Origin: Tubulanus polymorphus
Taxonomy: Eukaryota > Animalia > Nemertea
Direction of reading: 5' to 3'
Length of the DNA stretch: 64,000 nt
Assembly (NCBI RefSeq): GCF_964204645.1
Contig: NC_134036.1
Location: 6,677,304-6,741,303, forward strand
The translations under genes and the position numbers were made by a program. Positions 35,601-50,300 of this stretch are shown piece after piece (positions within the stretch are counted from its first letter, which is position 1; the number at the start of each line of letters is the position of its first letter). The notes under the pieces are model-generated. The model saw only the letters and a list, made by a program, of their open reading frames with translations. It had not been told where the DNA came from and ran no database searches.

Positions 35601-38600
35601 CGACCCGGAGCATTGAGGGAGGGAGGGAGGCAGTAGGTCGGTCGTCCGTCCGTTTGTCAGTGTGCCGGCAGTGATGGTTGTTCGAAAAATGACTAAGGGC
35701 TGACCGGGCCTTGATCAGCGTTACGACCCGGCGCTGGTCAAGGGCGGGAGGGAGGGAGGCAGTAGGTCGGTCGTCCGTCCGTTCGTCAGTGTGCCGGCAG
35801 AGTTGGTTGTTCGAAAAACGACTAAGTGCTGACCGGGCCTTGATCAGCGTTACGACCCGGTGCTGTGAGGGAGGGAGGGAGGCAGTAGGTCGGTCGTCCA
35901 TCCGTTCGTCAGTGTGCCGGCGGTGGTTGTTCGAAAACGACTAAGTGCTGACCGCCCTTGATCAGCGTTACGACCCGGCGCAGTGAGGGAGGGAGGGAGG
36001 GAGGCAGTAGGTCGGTCGTCCATCCGTTCGTCAGTGTGCCGGCGGTGGTTGTTCGAAAAACGACTAAGTGCTGACCGGGCCTTGATCAGCGTTACGACCC
36101 GGTGCAGTGAGGGAGGGAGGGAGGCACTAGGACAGTCGTCCGCCCGTTAGTCAGTGTGTCGGCGGTTGTTGTTCGAAAAACGACTAAGTGCTGACCGGGC
36201 CATGAACAGCGTTACGACCCGGCACCGGTCAGGAAGGGAGGGAGGGTGGCAGTAGGTCGGTCGTCCGTCCGTTCGTCAGTGTGCCGGCGGTGGTTGTTCG
36301 AAAAACGACTAAGTGCTGACCGGGCCTTAATCAGCGTTACGACCCGGCACCGGTCAGGAAGGGAGGGAGGGTGGCAGTAGGTCGGTCGTCCGTTCGTTGG
36401 TCAGTGTGCCGGCGCTGGTAGTTCGAAAAACGACTAAGTGCTGACCGGGCCTTGATCAGCGTTACGACCCGGTGCAGTGAGGGAGGGAGGGAGGGAGGCA
36501 GTAGGTCGGTCGTCCATCCGTTCGTCAGTGTGCCGGCGGTGGTAGTTCAAAAAACGACTAAGTGCTGACCGGGCCTTGATCAGCGTTACGACCCGGAGCA
36601 GTGTGGGAGGGAGGGGGACAGTAGGTCGGTCGTCCATCCGTTCGTCAGTGTGCCGGCGGTGGTTGTTCGAAAAACGACTAAGTGCTGACCGGGCCTTGAT
36701 CAGCGTTACGACCCGGTGCAGTGAGGGAGGGAGGGAGGCACTAGGACAGTCGTCCGCCCGTTAGTCAGTGTGTCGGCGGTTGTTGTTCGAAAAACGACTA
36801 AGTGCTGACCGGGCCATGAACAGCGTTACGACCCGGCACCGGTCAGGAAGGGAGGGAGGGTGGCAGTAGGTCGGTCGTCCGTCCGTTCGTCAGTGTGCCG
36901 GCGGTGGTTGTTCGAAAAACGACTAAGTGCTGACCGGGCCTTAATCAGCGTTACGACCCGGCACCGGTCAGGAAGGGAGGGAGGGTGGCAGTAGGTCGGT
37001 CGTCCGTTCGTTGTTCAGTGTGCCGGCGCTGGTAGTTCGAAAAACGACTAAGTGCTGACCGGGCCTTGATCAGCGTTACGACCCGGAGCAGTGAGGGAGG
37101 GAGGGAGGCAGTAGGTCGGTCGTCCGTCCGTTCGCCAGTGTGCCGCTGGTGGTTGTTCGAAAAACGACTAAGTGCTGATCGGGCCTTGATCAGCGTTACG
37201 ACCCGGTGCAGTGAGGGAGGGAGGGAGGCACTAGGACAGTCGTCCGCCCGTTAGTCAGTGTGTCGGCGGTTGTTGTGCGAAAAACGACTAAGTGCTGACC
37301 GGGCCATGAACAGCGTTACGACCCGGCACCGGTCAGGAAGGGAGGGAGGGTGGCAGTAGGTCGGTCGTCCGTTCGTTGGTCAGTGTGCCGGCGGTGGTAG
37401 TTCGAAAAACGACTAAGTGCTGACCGGGCCTTGATCAGCGTTACGACCCGGAGCAGTGTGGGAGGGAGGGGGACAGTAGGTCGGTCGTCCGTCCGTTCGT
37501 CAGTGTGCCGGCAGAGTTGGTTGTTCGAAAAACGACTAAGTGCTGACCGGGCCTTGATCAGCGTTACGACCCGGTGCTGTGAGGGAGGGAGGGAGGCAGT
37601 AGGTCGGTCGTCCATCCGTTCGTAAGTGTGCCGGCGGTGGTTGTTCGAAAAACGACTAAGTGCTGACCGGGCCTTGATCAGCGTTACGACCCGGCGCAGT
37701 GAGGAAGGGAGGGAGGGAGGCAGTAGGTCGGTCGTCCATCCGTTCGTCAGTGTGCCGGCGGTGGTTGTTCGAAAAACGACTAAGTGCTGACCGGGCCTTG
37801 ATCAGCGTTACGACCCGGTGCAGTGAGGGAGGGAGGGAGGCACTAGGACAGTCGTCCGCCCGTTAGTCAGTGTGTCGGCGGTTGTTGTTCGAAAAACGAC
37901 TAAGTGCTGACCGGGCCATGAACAGCGTTACGACCCGGCACCGGTCAGGAAGGGAGGGAGGGTGGCAGTAGGTCGGTCGTCCGTCCGTTCGTCAGTGTGC
38001 CGGCGGTGGTTGTTCGAAAAACGACTAAGTGCTGACCGGGCCTTAATCAGCGTTACGACCCGGCACCGGTCAGGAAGGGAGGGAGGGTGGCAGTAGGTCG
38101 GTCGTCCGTTCGTTCGTCAGTGTGCCGGCGGTGGTTGTTCGAATAACGACTAAGTGCTGACCGGGCCTTGATCAGCGTTACGACCCGGCACCGGTCAGGG
38201 AGGGAGGGAGGGAGGCAGTAGGTCGGTCGTCCGTCCGTTCGTCATTGTGCCGGCGGTGGTAGTTCGAAAAACGACTAAGTGCTGACCGGGCCTTGATCAG
38301 CGTTACGACCCGGAGCATTGAGGGAGGGAGGGAGGCAGTAGGTCGGTCGTCCGTCCGTTTGTCAGTGTGCCGGCAGTGATGGTTGTTCGAAAAATGACTA
38401 AGTGCTGACCGGGCCATGAACAGCGTTACGACCCGGCACCGGTCAGGAAGGGAGGGAGGGTGGCAGTAGGTCGGTCGTCCGTTCGTTCGTCAGTGTGCCG
38501 GCGGTGGTTGTTCGAATAACGACTAAGTGCTGACCGGGCCTTGATCAGCGTTACGACCCGGCACCGGTCAGGGAGGGAGGGAGGGAGGCAGTAGGTCGGT

Positions 38601-40849
38601 CGTCCGTCCGTTCGTCATTGTGCCGGCGGTGGTAGTTCGAAAAACGACTAAGTGCTGACCGGGCCTTGATCCGCGTTACGACCCGGAGCATTGAGGGAGG
38701 GAGGGAGGCAGTAGGTCGGTCGTCCATCCGTTCGTCAGTGTGCCGGCGGTGGTAGTTCGAAAAACGACTAAGTGCTGACCGGGCCTAGATCAGCGTTACG
38801 ACTCGGTGAAGTGAGGGAGGGAGAGAGGCAGTAGGTCGGTCGTCCGTCCGGTCGTCAGTGTGCCGGCGGTGGTTGTTCGAAAAACGACTAAGTGCTGACC
38901 GGGCCTTGATCAGCGTTACGACCCGGTGCAGTGAGGGAGGGAGGGAGGCAGTAGGTCGGTCGTCCGTCCGTTCGTCAGTGTGCCGGCAGAGTTGGTTGTT
39001 CGAAAAACGACTAAGTGCTGACCGGGCCTTGATCAGCGTTACGACCCGGTGCAGTGAGGGAGGGAGGGAGGGAGGCAGTAGGTCGGTCGTCCATCCGTTC
39101 GTCAGTGTGCCGGCGGTGGTAGTTCGAAAAACGACTAAGTGCTGACCGGGCCTTGATCAGCGTTACGACCCGGTGCAGTGAGGGAGGGAGGGAGGCAGTA
39201 GGTCGGTCGTCCGTCCGTTCGTCAGTGTGCCGGCAGAGTTGGTTGTTCGAAAAACGACTAAGTGCTGACCGGGCCTTGATCAGCGTTACGACCCGGTGCA
39301 GTGAGGGAGGGAGGGAGGGAGGCAGTAGGTCGGTCGTCCATCCGTTCGTCAGTGTGCCGGCGGTGGTAGTTCGAAAAACGACTAAGTGCTGACCGGGCCT
39401 TAATCAGCGTTACGACCCGGTGCAGTGAGGGAGGGAGGGAGGGAGGCAGTAGGTCGGTCGTCCATCCGTTCGTCAGTGTGCCGGCGGTGGTAGTTCAAAA
39501 AACGACTAAGTGCTGACCGGGCCTTGATCAGCGTTACGACCCGGAGCAGTGAGGGAGGGAGGGAGGCAGTAGGTCGGTCGTCCATCCGTTTGTCAGTGTG
39601 CCGGCGGTGGTTGTTCGAAAAACGACTAAGTGCTGACCGGGCCTTGATCAGCGTTACGACCCGGTGCAGTGAGGGAGGGAGGGAGGCACTAGGACAGTCG
39701 TCCGCCCGTTAGTCAGTGTGTCGGCGGTTGTTGTTCGAAAAACGACTAAGTGCTGACCGGGCCATGAACAGCGTTACGACCCGGCACCGGTCAGGAAGGG
39801 AGGGAGGGTGGCAGTAGGTCGGTCGTCCGTCCGTTCGTCAGTGTGCCGGCGGTGGTTGTTCGAAAAACGACTAAGTGCTGACCGGGCCTTAATCAGCGTT
39901 ACGACCCGGCACCGGTCAGGAAGGGAGGGAGGGTGGCAGTAGGTCGGTCGTCCGTTCGTTGGTCAGTGTGCCGGCGCTGGTAGTTCGAAAAACGACTAAG
40001 TGCTGACCGGGCCTTGATCAGCGTTACGACCCGGAGCAGTGTGGGAGGGAGGGGGACAGTAGGTCGGTCGTCCGTCCGTTCGTCAGTGTGCCGGCAGAGT
40101 TGGTTGTTCGAAAAACGACTAAGTGCTGGCCGGGCCTTGATCAGCATTAGGACCCGGTGCTGTGAGGGAGGGAGGGAGGCAGTAGGTCGGTCGTCCATCC
40201 GTTCGTCAGTGTGCCGGCGGTGGTTGTTCGAAAAACGACTAAGTGCTGACCGGGCCTTGATCAGCGTTACGACCCGGTGCAGTGAGGGAGGGAGGGAGGC
40301 ACTAGGACAGTCGTCCGCCCGTTAGTCAGTGTGTCGGCGGTTGTTGTTCGAAAAACGACTAAGTGCTGGCCGGGCCTTGATCAGCATTAGGACCCGGTGC
40401 AGTGAGGGAGGGAGGGAGGCAGTAGGTCGGTCATCCGTCCGTTCGTCAGTGTGCCGGCGGTGGTTGTTCGAAAAACGACTAAGTGCTGACCGGGCCATGA
40501 TCAGCGTTACGACCCGGTGTAATGAGGGAGGGATGGAGGCACTAGGACAGTCGTCCGCCCGTTAGTCAGTGTGTCGGCGGTTGTTGTTCGAAAAACGACT
40601 AAGTGCTGACCGGGCCTTGATCAGCGTTACGACCCGGCACCGGTCAGGGAGGGAGGGAGGGAGGCAGTAGGTCGGTCGTCCGTCCGTTCGTCATTGTGCC
40701 GGCGGTGGTAGTTCGAAAAACGACTAAGTGCTGACCGGGCCTTGATCAGCGTTACGACCCGGTGCAGTGAGGGAGGGAGGGAGGCAGTAGGTCGGTCGTC
40801 CGTTCGTTCGTCAGTGTGCCGGTGGTGGTTGTTCGAATAACGACTAAGT

Positions 40850-43800
40850 GCTGACCGGGCCTTGATCAGCGTTACGACCCGGTGCAGTGAGGGAGGGAGG
40901 GAGGCAGTAGGTCGGTCGTCCGTCCGTTCGTCAGTGTGCCGGCAGAGTTGGTTGTTCGAAAAACGACTAAGTGCTGACCGGGCCTTGATCAGCGTTACGA
41001 CCCGGAGCAGTGAGGGAGGGAGGGAGGCAGTAGGTCGGTCGTCCGTCCGTTCGCCAGTGTGCCGCTGGTTGTTGTTCGAAAAACGACTAAGTGCTGACCG
41101 GGCCTTGATCAGCGTTACGACCCGGTGCAGTGAGGGAGGGAGGGAGGCACTAGGACAGTCATCCGCCCGTTAGTCAGTGTGTCGGCGGTTGTTGTTCGAA
41201 AAACGACTAAGTGCTGACCGGGCCATGAACAGCGTTACGACCCGGCACCGGTCAGGAAGGGAGGGAGGGTGGCAGTAGGTCGGTCGTCCGTTCGTTGGTC
41301 AGTGTGCCGGCGGTGGTAGTTCGAAAAACGACTAAGTGCTGACCGGGCCTTGATCAGCGTTACGACCCGGAGCAGTGTGGGAGGGAGGGGGACAGTAGGT
41401 CGGTCGTCCGTCCGTTCGTCAGTGTGCCGGCAGAGTTGGTTGTTCGAAAAACGACTAAGTGCTGACCGGGCCTTGATCAGCGTTACGACCCGGTGCTGTG
41501 AGGGAGGGAGGGAGGCAGTAGGTCGGTCGTCCATCCGTTCGTCAGTGTGCCGGCGGTGGTTGTTCGAAAAACGACTAAGTGCTGACCGGGCCTTGATCAG
41601 CGTTACGACCCGGCGCAGTGAGGAAGGGAGGGAGGGAGGCAGTAGGTCGGTCGTCCATCCGTTCGTCAGTGTGCCGGCGGTGGTTGTTCGAAAAACGACT
41701 AAGTGCTGACCGGGCCTTGATCAGCGTTACGACCCGGTGCAGTGAGGGAGGGAGGGAGGCACTAGGACAGTCGTCCGCCCGTTAGTCAGTGTGTCGGCGG
41801 TTGTTGTTCGAAAAACGACTAAGTGCTGACCGGGCCATGAACAGCGTTACGACCCGGCACCGGTCAGGAAGGGAGGGAGGGTGGCAGTAGGTCGGTCGTC
41901 CGTCCGTTCGTCAGTGTGCCGGCGGTGGTTGTTCGAAAAACGACTAAGTGCTGACCGGGCCTTAATCAGCGTTACGACCCGGCACCGGTCAGGAAGGGAG
42001 GGAGGGTGGCAGTAGGTCGGTCGTCCGTTCGTTGGTCAGTGTGCCGGCGGTGGTAGTTCGAAAAACGACTAAGTGCTGACCGGGCCTAGATCAGCGTTAC
42101 GACTCGGTGCAGTGAGGGAGGGAGAGCGGCAGTAGGTCGGTCGTCCGTCCGGTCGTCAGTGTGCCGGCGGTGGTTGTTCGAAAAACGACTAAGTGCTGAC
42201 CGGGCCTTGATCAGCGTTACGACCCGGTGCAGTGAGGGAGGGAGGGAGGCAGTAGGTCGGTCGTCCGTCCGTTCGTCAGTGTGCCGGCAGAGTTGGTTGT
42301 TCGAAAAACGACTAAGTGCTGACCGGGCCTTGATCAGCGTTACGACCCGGAGCAGTGAGGGAGGGAGGGAGGCAGTAGGTCGGTCGTCCGTCCGTTCGCC
42401 AGTGTGCCGCTGGTTGTTGTTCGAAAAACGACTAAGTGCTGACCGGGCCTTGATCAGCGTTACGACCCGGTGCAGTGAGGGAGGGAGGGAGGCACTAGGA
42501 CAGTCATCCGCCCGTTAGTCAGTGTGTCGGCGGTTGTTGTTCGAAAAACGACTAAGTGCTGACCGGGCCATGAACAGCGTTACGACCCGGCACCGGTCAG
42601 GAAGGGAGGGAGGGTGGCAGTAGGTCGGTCGTCCGTTCGTTGGTCAGTGTGCCGGCGGTGGTAGTTCGAAAAACGACTAAGTGCTGACCGGGCCTTGATC
42701 AGCGTTACGACCCGGAGCAGTGTGGGAGGGAGGGGGACAGTAGGTCGGTCGTCCGTCCGTTCGTCAGTGTGCCGGCAGAGTTGGTTGTTCGAAAAACGAC
42801 TAAGTGCTGACCGGGCCTTGATCAGCGTTACGACCCGGTGCTGTGAGGGAGGGAGGGAGGCAGTAGGTCGGTCGTCCATTCGTTCGTCAGTGTGCCGGCG
42901 GTGGTTGTTCGAAAAACGACTAAGTGCTGACCGGGCCTTGATCAGCGTTACGACCCGGTGCAGTGAGGGAGGGAGGGAGGCACTAGGACAGTCGTCCGCC
43001 CGTTAGTCAGTGTGTCGGCGGTTGTTGTTCGAAAAACGACTAAGTGCTGACCGGGCCATGAACAGCGTTACGACCCGGCACCGGTCAGGAAGGGAGGGAG
43101 GGTGGCAGTAGGTCGGTCGTCCGTCCGTTCGTCAGTGTGCCGGCGGTGGTTGTTCGAAAAACGACTAAGTGCTGACCGGGCCTTAATCAGCGTTACGACC
43201 CGGCACCGGTCAGGAAGGGAGGGAGGGTGGCAGTAGGTCGGTCGTCCGTTCGTTGGTCAGTGTGCCGGCGGTGGTAGTTCGAAAAACGACTAAGTGCTGA
43301 CCGGGCCTTGATCAGCGTTACGACCCGGAGCAGTGTGGGAGGGAGGGGGACAGTAGGTCGGTCGTCCGTCCGTTCGTCAGTGTGCCGGCGGTGGTTGTTC
43401 GAAAAACGACTAAGTGCTGACCGGGCCTTGATCAGCGTTACGACCCGGTGCAGTGAGGGAGGGAGGGAGGCACTAGGACAGTCGTCCGCCCGTTAGTCAG
43501 TGTGTCGGCGGTTGTTGTTCGAAAAACGACTAAGTGCTGACCGGGCCATGAACAGCGTTACGACCCGGCACCGGTCAGGAAGGGAGGGAGGGTGGCAGTA
43601 GGTCGGTCGTCCGTCCGTTCGTCAGTGTGCCGGCGGTGGTTGTTCGAAAAACGACTAAGTGCTGACCGGGCCTTAATCAGCGTTACGACCCGGCACCGGT
43701 CAGGAAGGGAGGGAGGGTGGCAGTAGGTCGGTCGTCCGTTCGTTGGTCAGTGTGCCGGCGGTGGTAGTTCGAAAAACGACTAAGTGCTTACCGGGCCTTG

Positions 43801-45200
43801 ATCAGCGTTACGACCCGGTGCAGTGAGGGAGGGAGGGAGGCAGTAGGTCGGTCGTCCATCCGTTCGTCAGTGTGCCGGCGGTGGTAGTTCGAAAAACGAC
43901 TAAGTGCTGACCGGGCCTTGATCAGCGTTACGACCCGGTGCAGTGAGGGAGGGAGGGAGGGAGGCAGTAGGTCGGTCGTCCATCCGTTCGTCAGTGTGCC
44001 GGCGGTGGTAGTTCGAAAAACGACTAAGTGCTGACCGGGCCTAGATCAGCGTTACGACTCGGTGCAGTGAGGGAGGGAGAGCGGCAGTAGGTCGGTCGTC
44101 CGTCCGGTCGTCAGTGTGCCGGCGGTGGTTGTTCGAAAAACGACTAAGTGCTGACCGGGCCTTGATCAGCGTTACGACCCGGAGCAGTGAGGGAGGGAGG
44201 GAGGCAGTAGGTCGGTCGTCCGTCCGTTCGCCAGTGTGCCGCTGGTTGTTGTTCGAAAAACGACTAAGTGCTGACCGGGCCTTGATCAGCGTTACGACCC
44301 GGTGCAGTGAGGGAGGGAGGGAGGCACTAGGACAGTCATCCGCCCGTTAGTCAGTGTGTCGGCGGTTGTTGTTCGAAAAACGACTAAGTGCTGACCGGGC
44401 CATGAACAGCGTTACGACCCGGCACCGGTCAGGAAGGGAGGGAGGGTGGCAGTAGGTCGGTCGTCCGTTCGTTGGTCAGTGTGCCGGCGGTGGTAGTTCG
44501 AAAAACGACTAAGTGCTGACCGGGCCTTGATCAGCGTTACGACCCGGAGCAGTGTGGGAGGGAGGGGGACAGTAGGTCGGTCGTCCGTCCGTTCGTCAGT
44601 GTGCCGGCAGAGTTGGTTGTTCGAAAAACGACTAAGTGCTGACCGGGCCTTGATCAGCGTTACGACCCGGTGCTGTGAGGGAGGGAGGGAGGCAGTAGGT
44701 CGGTCGTCCATCCGTTCGTCAGTGTGCCGGCGGTGGTTGTTCGAAAAACGACTAAGTGCTGACCGGGCCTTGATCAGCGTTACGACCCGGCGCAGTGAGG
44801 AAGGGAGGGAGGGAGGCAGTAGGTCGGTCGTCCATCCGTTCGTCAGTGTGCCGGCGGTGGTTGTTCGAAAAACGACTAAGTGCTGACCGGGCCTTGATCA
44901 GCGTTACGACCCGGTGCAGTGAGGGAGGGAGGGAGGCACTAGGACAGTCGTCCGCCCGTTAGTCAGTGTGTCGGCGGTTGTTGTTCAAAAAACGACTAAG
45001 TGCCGACCGGGCCATGAACAGCGTTACGACCCGGCACCGGTCAGGAAGGGAGGGAGGGTGGCAGTAGGTCGGTCGTCCGTCCGTTCGTCAGTGTGCCGGC
45101 GGTGGTTGTTCGAAAAACGACTAAGTGCTGACCGGGCCTTAATCAGCGTTACGACCCGGCACCGGTCAGGAAGGGAGGGAGGGTGGCAGTAGGTCGGTCG
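40850..45200. repeat. Three dispersed copies of a multi-monomer block (offsets 1345 and 1832 bp)
   Basis: The marker pair GCTGGTTGTTG + CAGTCATCC occurs at ~41065/41160, ~42410/42505 and ~44242/44337. ORFs at 41235, 42580 and 44412 are identical. Confidence 0.82.
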
Positions 45201-47374
45201 ACCGTTCGTTGGTCAGTGTGCCGGCGGTGGTAGTTCGAAAAACGACTAAGTGCTGACCGGGCCTTGATCAGCGTTACGACCCGGAGCAGTGTGGGAGGGA
45301 GGGGGACAGTAGGTCGGTCGTCCGTCCGTTCGTCAGTGTGCCGGCGGTGGTTGTTCGAAAAACGACTAAGTGCTGACCGGGCCATGATCAGCGTTACGAC
45401 CCGGTGTAATGAGGGAGGGATGGAGGCACTAGGACAGTCGTCCGCCCGTTAGTCAGTGTGTCGGCGGTTGTTGTTCGAAAAACGACTAAGTGCTGACCGG
45501 GCCATGAACAGCGTTACGACCCGGCACCGGTCAGGAAGGGAGGGAGGGTGGCAGTAGGTCGGTCGTCCGTTCGTTCCTCAGTGTGCCGGCGGTGGTTGTT
45601 CGAATAACGACTAAGTGCTGACCGGGCCTTGATCAGCGTTACGACCCGGCACCGGTCAGGGAGGGAGGGAGGGAGGCAGTAGGTCGGTCGTCCGTCCGTT
45701 CGTCATTGTGCCGGCGGTGGTAGTTCGAAAAACGACTAAGTGCTGACCGGGCCTTGATCAGCGTTACGACCCGGTGCAGTGAGGGAGGGAGGGAGGCAGT
45801 AGGTCGGTCGTCCATCCGTTCGTCAGTGTGCCGGCGGTGGTAGTTCGAAAAACGACTAAGTGCTGACCGGGCCTTGATCAGCGTTACGACCCGGTGCAGT
45901 GAGGGAGGGAGGGAGGGAGGCAGTAGGTCGGTCGTCCATCCGTTCGTCAGTGTGCCGGCGGTGGTAGTTCGAAAAACGACTAAGTGCTGACCGGGCCTAG
46001 ATCAGCGTTACGACTCGGTGCAGTGAGGGAGGGAGAGAGGCAGTAGGTCGGTCGTCCGTCCGGTCGTCAGTGTGCCGGCGGTGGTTGTTCGAAAAACGAC
46101 TAAGTGCTGACCGGGCCTTGATCAGCGTTACGACCCGGTGCAGTGAGGGAGGGAGGGAGGCAGTAGGTCGGTCGTCCGTCCGTTCGTCAGTGTGCCGGCA
46201 GAGTTGGTTGTTCGAAAAACGACTAAGTGCTGACCGGGCCTTGATCAGCGTTACGACCCGGTGCAGTGAGGGAGGGAGGGAGGCAGTAGGTCGGTCGTCC
46301 ATCCGTTCGTCAGTGTGCCGGCGGTGGTAGTTCGAAAAACGACTAAGTGCTGACCGGGCCTTGATCAGCGTTACGACCCGGTGCAGTGAGGGAGGGAGGG
46401 AGGGAGGCAGTAGGTCGGTCGTCCATCCGTTCGTCAGTGTGCCGGCGGTGGTAGTTCAAAAAACGACTAAGTGCTGACCGGGCCTTGATCAGCGTTACGA
46501 CCCGGTGCAGTGAGGGAGGGAGGGAGGCAGTAGGTCGGTCGTCCGTCCGTTCGCCAGTGTGCCGCTGGTGGTTGTTCGAAAAACGACTAAGTGCTGACCG
46601 GGCCTTGATCAGCGTTACGACCCGGAGCAGTGAGGGAGGGAGGGAGGCAGTAGGTCGGTCGTCCGTCCGTTCGCCAGTGTACCGCTGGTGGTTGTTCGAA
46701 AAACGACTAAGTGCTGACCGGGCCTTGATCAACGTTACGACCCGGTGCAGTGAGGGAGGGCGGGAGGCACTAGGACAGTCGTCCGCCCGTTAGTCAGTGT
46801 GTCGGCGGTTGTTGTTCGAAAAACGACTAAGTGCTGACCGGGCCATGAACAGCGTTACGACCCGGCACCGGTCAGGAAGGGAGGGAGGGTGGCAGTAGGT
46901 CGGTCGTCCGTTCGTTGGTCAGTGTGCCGGCGGTGGTAGTTCGAAAAACGACTAAGTGCTGACCGGGCCTTGATCAGCGTTACGACCCGGAGCAGTGTGG
47001 GAGGGAGGGGGACAGTAGGTCGGTCGTCCGTCCGTTCGTCAGTGTGCCGGCAGAGTTGGTTGTTCGAAAAACGACTAAGTGCTGACCGGGCCTTGATCAG
47101 CGTTACGACCCGGTGCTGTGAGGGAGGGAGGGAGGCAGTAGGTCGGTCGTCCATCCGTTCGTCAGTGTGCCGGCGGTGGTTGTTCGAAAAACGACTAAGT
47201 GCTGACCGGGCCTTGATCAGCGTTACGACCCGGCGCAGTGAGGAAGGGAGGGAGGGAGGCAGTAGGTCGGTCGTCCATCCGTTCGTCAGTGTGCCGGCGG
47301 TGGTAGTTCGAAAAACGACTAAGTGCTGACCGGGCCTTGATCAGCGTTACGACCCGGAGCAGTGAGGGAGGGAG

Positions 47375-50300
47375 GGAGGCAGTAGGTCGGTCGTCCGTCC
47401 GTTCGCCAGTGTACCGCTGGTGGTTGTTCGAAAAACGACTAAGTGCTGACCGGGCCCTGATCAGCGTTACGACCCGGTGCAGTGAGGGAGGGAGGGAGGC
47501 ACTAGGACAGTCGTCCGCCCGTTAGTCAGTGTGTCGGCGGTTGTTGTTCGAAAAACGACTAAGTGCTGACCGGGCCATGAACAGCGTTACGACCCGGCAC
47601 CGGTCAGGAAGGGAGGGAGGGTGGCAGTAGGTCGGTCGTCCGTTCGTTGGTCAGTGTGCCGGCGGTGGTAGTTCGAAAAACGACTAAGTGCTGACCGGGC
47701 CTTGATCAGCGTTACGACCCGGTGCAGTGTGGGAGGGAGGGGGACAGTAGGTCGGTCGTCCGTCCGTTCGTCAGTGTGCCGGCAGAGTTGGTTGTTCGAA
47801 AAACGACTAAGTGCTGACCGGGCCTTGATCAGCGTTACGACCCGGTGCTGTGAGGGAGGGAGGGAGGCAGTAGGTCGGTCGTCCATCCGTTCGTCAGTGT
47901 GCCGGCGGTGGTTGTTCGAAAAACGACTAAGTGCTGACCGGGCCTTGATCAGCGTTACGACCCGGCGCAGTGAGGAAGGGAGGGAGGGAGGCAGTAGGTC
48001 GGTCGTCCATCCGTTCGTCAGTGTGCCGGCGGTGGTTGTTCGAAAAACGACTAAGTGCTGACCGGGCCTTGATCAGCGTTACGACCCGGTGCAGTAAGGG
48101 AGGGAGGGAGGCACTAGGACAGTCGTCCGCCCGTAAGTCAGTGTGTCGGCGGTTGTTGTTCGAAAAACGACTAAGTGCTGACCGGGCCATGAACAGCGTT
48201 ACGACCCGGCACCGGTCAGGAAGGGAGGGAGGATGGCAGTAGGTCGGTCGTCCGTCCGTTTGTCAGTGTGCCGGCAGTGATGGTTGTTCGAAAAATGACT
48301 AAGGGCTGACCGGGCCTTGATCAGCGTTACGACCCGGCGCTGGTCAAGGGCGGGAGGGAGGGAGGCAGTAGGTCGGTCGTCCATCCGTTCGTCAGTGTGC
48401 CGGCGGTGGTAGTTCGAAAAACGACTAAGTGCTGACCGGGCCTAGATCAGCGTTACGACTCGGTGCAGTGAGGGAGGGAGAGAGGCAGTAGGTCGGTCGT
48501 CCGTCCGGTCGTCAGTGTGCCGGCGGTGGTTGTTCGAAAAACGACTAAGTGCTGACCGGGCCTTGATCAGCGTTACGACCCGGTGCAGTGAGGGAGGGAG
48601 GGAGGCAGTAGGTCGGTCGTCCATCCGTTCGTCTGTGTGCCGGCGGTGGTTGTTCGAAAAACGACTAAGTGCTGACCGGGCCTTGATCAGCGTTACGACC
48701 CGGCGCAGTGAGTAAGGGAGGGAGGGAGGCAGTAGGTCGGTCGTCCATCCGTTCGTCAGTGTGCCGGCGGTTGTTGTTCGAAAAACGACTAAGTGCTGAC
48801 CGGGCCTTGATCAGCGTTACGACCCGGTGCAGTGAGGGAGGGAGGGAGGCACTAGGACAGTCATCCGCCCGTTAGTCAGTGTGTCGGCGGTTGTTGTTCG
48901 AAAAACGACTAAGTGCTGACCGGGCCATGAACAGCGTTACGACCCGGCACCGGTCAGGAAGGGAGGGAGGGTGGCAGTAGGTCGGTCGTCCGTTCGTTGG
49001 TCAGTGTGCCGGCGGTGGTAGTTCGAAAAACGACTAAGTGCTGACCGGGCCTTGATCAGCGTTACGACCCGGAGCAGTGTGGGAGGGAGGGGGACAGTAG
49101 GTCGGTCGTCCGTCCGTTCGTCAGTGTGCCGGCGGTGGTTGTTCGAAAAACGACTAAGTGCTGACCGGGCCTTGATCAGCGTTACGACCCGGCACCGGTC
49201 AGGGAGGGAGGGAGGGAGGCAGTAGGTCGGTCGTCCGTCCGTTCGTCATTGTGCCGGCGGTGGTAGTTCGAAAAACGACTAAGTGCTGACCGGGCCTTGA
49301 TCAGCGTTACGACCCGGAGCATTGAGGGAGGGAGGGAGGCAGTAGGTCGGTCGTCCGTCCGTTTGTCAGTGTGCCGGCAGTGATGGTTGTTCGAAAAATG
49401 ACTAAGGGCTGACCGGGCCTTGATCAGCGTTACGACCCGGCACCGGTCAGGAAGGGAGGGAGGGTGGCAGTAGGTCGGTCGTCCGTCCGTTCGCCAGTGT
49501 GCCGCTGGTGGTTGTTCGAAAAACGACTAAGTGCTGACCGGGCCTTGATCAGCGTTACGACCCGGAGCAGTGAGGGAGGGAGGGAGGCAGTAGGTCGGTC
49601 GTCCGTCCGTTCGCCAGTGTGCCGCTGGTGGTTGTTCGAAAAACGACTAAGTGCTGACCGGGCCTTGATCAGCGTTACGACCCGGTGCAGTGAGGGAGGG
49701 AGGGAGGCAGTAGGTCGGTCGTCCGTCCGTTCGTCAGTGTGCCGGCAGAGTTTGTTGTTCGAAAAACGACTAAGTGCTGACCGGGCCATGAACAGCGTTA
49801 CGACCCGGCACCGGTCAGGGAGGGAGGGAGGGAGGCAGTAGGTCGGTCGTCCGTCCGTTCGCCAGTGTACCGCTGGTGGTTGTTCGAAAAACGACTAAGT
49901 GCTGACCGGGCCCTGATCAGCGTTACGACCCGGTGCAGTGAGGGAGGGAGGGAGGCACTAGGACAGTCGTCCGCCCGTTAGTCAGTGTGTCGGCGGTTGT
50001 TGTTCGAAAAACGACTAAGTGCTGACCGGGCCATGAACAGCGTTACGACCCGGCACCGGTCAGGAAGGGAGGGAGGGTGGCAGTAGGTCGGTCGTCCGTT
50101 CGTTGGTCAGTGTGCCGGCGGTGGTAGTTCGAAAAACGACTAAGTGCTGACCGGGCCTTGATCAGCGTTACGACCCGGTGCAGTGTGGGAGGGAGGGGGA
50201 CAGTAGGTCGGTCGTCCGTCCGTTCGTCAGTGTGCCGGCAGAGTTGGTTGTTCGAAAAACGACTAAGTGCTGACCGGGCCTTGATCAGCGTTACGACCCG

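Larger units (their letters stand above)
20757..38110 (+). repeat. Macro-duplication copy A (paralog of ~46395-64000)
   Basis: Collinear ORF pairs and private SNPs at offsets 25638 (20847/46485, 21699/47337, 23792/49430), 25622-25623 (26604/52227, 27991/53613, 30569/56192), 25872 (32025/57897) and 25868 (33522/59390, 35353/61221, 37316/63184). Confidence 0.93.
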